From positions 3,488,001 to 3,552,000 of the forward strand of contig OY762926.1 in the NCBI GenBank assembly GCA_963666735.1: DNA of 64,000 bases, written 5' to 3'. A model generated the notes under the pieces. It ran no database searches, had not been told where the DNA came from, and saw nothing but the letters and a program-made list of their open reading frames with translations. The translations under genes were made by a program, and so were the position numbers. The number at the start of each line of letters is the position of its first letter. Within the stretch, counting starts at the first letter, position 1. Positions 61,080-64,000 of this stretch are shown here, piece by piece. The stretch is from Gemmatimonadota bacterium (GTDB lineage: Bacteria; Gemmatimonadota; Gemmatimonadetes; Palauibacterales; Palauibacteraceae).

Positions 61080-61853
61080 GTGGGAAAAGCCCTGCTGCGC
61101 CGTTGTTCCGCGGTCGTGCTTCTCGGCGCCGCGCTTCTCGCGGCGCGCCCGCTCGCCGCTCAGGACGTACGCGCCCGTTTCAGCCGTCACCTGGGAGCCG
61201 TGTACGCGGCTCGCACCCTCTCGGTCATAGAAGCCGGCGTCCGGGACGGTCTGCCCCGAGGTCTCCTGATCGACAAGGCCATGGAGGGCGTGGCGAAGGG
61301 GATGTCCCCGGAAGTCGTCCTCGCCGCCGTCGACACTTTCGCCGCGGAGTTGCGGGATGCGGCGTCGGTCGTGGGTCCGCGGGCGGAGCCGGTCGCGCTC
61401 GAGAAGGCCGCCGATGCCCTTCGCCGCGGCGTGGGGCGCGAGCTTCTGACGCGGCTGGGGCGTGACCGTGCCGATTTTCCTCTCCTCATCGTCTCTCTCG
61501 AGGAGTTGCTGGACGCCGGCGTGGAACTGGATCTGGCCGAGGATCTCGTGCGCTACGCCGTGGCCGAGGAGTTCGACAGCGATGCGGTGCTCCGGCTGCC
61601 CGCCAGCGTGAAACTGCTCATCCGGGAGTGCGGCGACGGTCAGCCTGACTCCTGCTGGTCACAGGCGAGCATCAGGGAATGCGCCCGCGTGATGCCGGCC
61701 CGGCCGTGTCCGACCCGAACGCTCGCGGAGGCGGCCCGCTCGGCGGCGCCGCCGTTCCGGCTTGCCCGTTCCCCGCCCGCCGCCCTGCGATCGGGCGCAG
61801 GCTGGCAACCTTCCCGGTCTCTGCCGTATACTCTCGGACTTTCCGGCGGCTGA
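61080..61853 (+). CDS. Hypothetical secreted helical protein
   Basis: Signal peptide ending PLAA/Q, GLP..LIDKAMEGVAKG; start and C-terminus uncertain. Confidence 0.6.
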   Translation: MGKALLRRCSAVVLLGAALLAARPLAAQDVRARFSRHLGAVYAARTLSVIEAGVRDGLPRGLLIDKAMEGVAKGMSPEVVLAAVDTFAAELRDAASVVGPRAEPVALEKAADALRRGVGRELLTRLGRDRADFPLLIVSLEELLDAGVELDLAEDLVRYAVAEEFDSDAVLRLPASVKLLIRECGDGQPDSCWSQASIRECARVMPARPCPTRTLAEAARSAAPPFRLARSPPAALRSGAGWQPSRSLPYTLGLSGG

Positions 61854-61865
61854 GCCCGCCGACGC

Positions 61866-61904
61866 CTTACCCACGGATCTTGCCCACGGATCTTGCCCAC
61901 GGAT
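61866..61904. repeat. 13-bp tandem repeat x3, CTT(A/G)CCCACGGAT, abutting the fabH-like start
   Basis: Read directly. Confidence 0.9.
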
Positions 61905-62985
61905 GATGGAGAGGGCCTTGCCAGCCAGAGTGACCGCGGCGGTCACGGGTACCGGTAGCTACCTGCCGCCCGACAGCATCGACAACTTCCAGCTTCTCGC
62001 CATGGGTACGCTGCGCGATTCGTTCGACGTCGGGCAGGCGCGATCCGCGCTCAGGGGCGTCGAGGGCGTCAACGGGCTGTCGGCCGCCGAGGTCTTCGAT
62101 CAGTGGGCGTATCAGCTGACCGGCATCAGGTCGCGTCGGCGGATTCCGCCGGCAAGCGATCTGACCACGGAGGACATGTGTGCCCGGGCGGGGCTCGCCG
62201 CGCTGGAGGCGGCCGGACGCGAGCCGGACGAGATCGACCAGCTCTACGTCGCGACCGTGTCGCCGTCCGACGAGGTTCCGAACAGCGCCTGTACCGTGGC
62301 GACGAAGATCGGGAATCCGCGATTGGGAGGATTCGCGATCAACGCGGCCTGCGCCGGTTTCGTCTACGGCGTGGGGGCAGGCTGGTCGGCCATCGTCAGC
62401 GGTATGGCGGAGCGGGTTCTGGTGATTTCGGGCGACGCCCTCACGCGGCTCGTGGACTACACGGACGTGCGGACGGCCGTGCTCTTCGGCGACGGGGCCG
62501 GAGCGGCCGTCCTCGAGCGGAGCGAAGCGGATCACGGCGTGCTCGGTCCGATGGCGGCGGCGGGCTGGTTCGCGCGCGACCCGCTTTACCTTAGCGGACA
62601 GAGCTGGCGCGACGACGGAGACCGGATCCCGATTCTCCACATGGAGGGAGGGCCGCGGATCGTCCGCAACGCGATCGTCAAGATGGCCGAAGTGGGTGAG
62701 CAAGCGCTCGAGAAGGCGGGTCTCGGCTGGTCCGACGTGGACTTCGTGATTCCTCACCAGGCGAACGCGCGGATCACGCGAGGTCTCGAGCAGAGGCTGG
62801 AACTGCCGAAGGGGCGCGTCATCCACAACATCGTCGATTACGGCAACATGTCGGCCTCGACGGTTGCGGTGACGCTCGACGAAGTCGTCCGCGGTAAGCA
62901 CGGACCCGTGCCGAACCCGGCCACGATCGTCCTCACCTCGATCGGAGGCGGCTACACGATGGCGGCGGCGGTCGTCCGCATCTGA
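61903..62985 (+). CDS. fabH: 3-oxoacyl-ACP synthase III family
   Basis: GTGSYLP, AACAGF, LFGDGAGA, PHQAN, YGNMS (Cys-His-Asn triad); start may be TTG 61918. Confidence 0.85.
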   Translation: MMERALPARVTAAVTGTGSYLPPDSIDNFQLLAMGTLRDSFDVGQARSALRGVEGVNGLSAAEVFDQWAYQLTGIRSRRRIPPASDLTTEDMCARAGLAALEAAGREPDEIDQLYVATVSPSDEVPNSACTVATKIGNPRLGGFAINAACAGFVYGVGAGWSAIVSGMAERVLVISGDALTRLVDYTDVRTAVLFGDGAGAAVLERSEADHGVLGPMAAAGWFARDPLYLSGQSWRDDGDRIPILHMEGGPRIVRNAIVKMAEVGEQALEKAGLGWSDVDFVIPHQANARITRGLEQRLELPKGRVIHNIVDYGNMSASTVAVTLDEVVRGKHGPVPNPATIVLTSIGGGYTMAAAVVRI

Positions 62986-63021
62986 TGGGCGGTCGGGCCC
63001 GGCCCGCACACCTGCCGCGCG

Positions 63022-64000
63022 TCAGGCGGGACTCGCCCACTCCCTGAGCGGAATCACTTCGACCGGCTCCCCGGCGCTTATGGCGTCGGTCCCGACGGGG
63101 ACCGCGAGCAGCCCGTCGGCCAGCATGGAGCCCAGGTTGCCCGAGCCCTGCGGGCCGCTCAGCCGAGCCGTGAGGACGCCGGATTCGGCGGACCCGATGA
63201 GCACGCGCAGGAACGAGAGCACGTCCCGGGGACCGCGCAGGTCGTGTGCGGCGACACACTGCAGCGACCGCCGGCAGGGACGCGCGAACCCCGCCATCCT
63301 GCGGATCGCCGGTCTCACCAGCGTCTCGTACGTGACGAGCGCCGAGGCGGGATTGCCCGGGACGCCCCAGAACGGCCGGCCGCCGAGCAGGCCGAAGACG
63401 GCGGCGCTGCCGGGGCGCATCCGCACGCGCCAGAAGGAGCGTTCGAATCCGAGTTCGTCGAGGACCCGCTTCACGTAGTCGTGATCGCCGACGCTCACGC
63501 CCGCCGCGGAGACGATCGCGTCGCAGGATTCGGCCCGCACGAGACAACGGTGCAGGTCGGCGGGGTCGTCCCGGGCGATGCCGAGCGGCACCGGCTCCGC
63601 CCCGGAATCCGCGAGCTGGGCGGCCAGCGCGTGTCCGTTCGAGTTCATGATCCTCCGACCGGCCCGCACCTCGTCGAATTCATCGAAATCCGCGAGTTCG
63701 TCCCCGTTCGCGAGCACGCCGACGCGAGGTCGCCGGCCCACGTCCACCCGCTCGAGGCCGGCCGAGGCGAGCAGCGCCACCGCCGCCGCCCCGAGCTCCT
63801 CGCCGCGCTCCACCATCGTGTCGCCCGCCCTCACATCCTCCCCGAGGAAACGGATGTGACGCTCCCCGTCCGCGTCATCGAATATGCGAACGCGCCCGTC
63901 CGGGCCTCCGTCCGTGTGCTCCACGCGGACGACGCCCGTGGCGCCCTCCGGCACCGGCGCCCCCGTCATCACGCGCGCCACGGAGCCGGGCTCCAGCGGC
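63022..64000 (-). CDS. moeA: Molybdopterin molybdotransferase MoeA (5' end outside the window)
   Basis: MTGAPVP, GDEL, NSN, GVSVGDHD, MRPG, VPGNPAS, QGSG. Confidence 0.92.
   Translation of the reverse strand, partial: PLEPGSVARVMTGAPVPEGATGVVRVEHTDGGPDGRVRIFDDADGERHIRFLGEDVRAGDTMVERGEELGAAAVALLASAGLERVDVGRRPRVGVLANGDELADFDEFDEVRAGRRIMNSNGHALAAQLADSGAEPVPLGIARDDPADLHRCLVRAESCDAIVSAAGVSVGDHDYVKRVLDELGFERSFWRVRMRPGSAAVFGLLGGRPFWGVPGNPASALVTYETLVRPAIRRMAGFARPCRRSLQCVAAHDLRGPRDVLSFLRVLIGSAESGVLTARLSGPQGSGNLGSMLADGLLAVPVGTDAISAGEPVEVIPLREWASPA

Noticed and set aside
61866..61904. CRISPR-like reading of the short repeats
   Set aside because: Units are contiguous, 10-13 bp, without spacers; no cas genes.

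Overview
GC-rich bacterial chromosomal window, densely coding and mostly core genes. The gene set is consistent with a diderm bacterium; Gemmatimonadota is my guess from overall gene content, not a tested assignment. Contents in order: an LPS/envelope cluster (lptG, lptF, GT9, PorX-like receiver-PglZ protein, MsbA-like ABC, LpxL-like acyltransferase, GT2, DUF3108-like); a hemolysin/CorC-family gene, a TPR protein, an IPMDH-family dehydrogenase and a thiolase; a complete IS1380-family element next to a 167-bp palindromic MITE-like element; an SPFH gene, hbd and a PAP2 gene; recF-dciA-gyrB; an accessory module of a small secreted two-Cys protein plus two tandem beta-propeller lipoproteins, whose duplication left a glpK relic and left glpK without a canonical start; thyX; a GyrA/ParC-like subunit lacking a clear GyrA-box; a VPS10/BNR protein, rho, mlaD-like, a short ssb and a ferredoxin-NADP reductase-like gene; an 11.5-kb co-directional run from an ECF sigma through TolC/MacA/permease and patatin to an Mre11-like/Rad50-like pair; etfBA, xdhC-like and a DSD1-like PLP enzyme; a second ECF sigma with a CBM48-bearing putative anti-sigma; fabH-like; and partial moeA. 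I recognised no rRNA, tRNA or CRISPR array. All family calls come from motif recognition by eye, not database searches.
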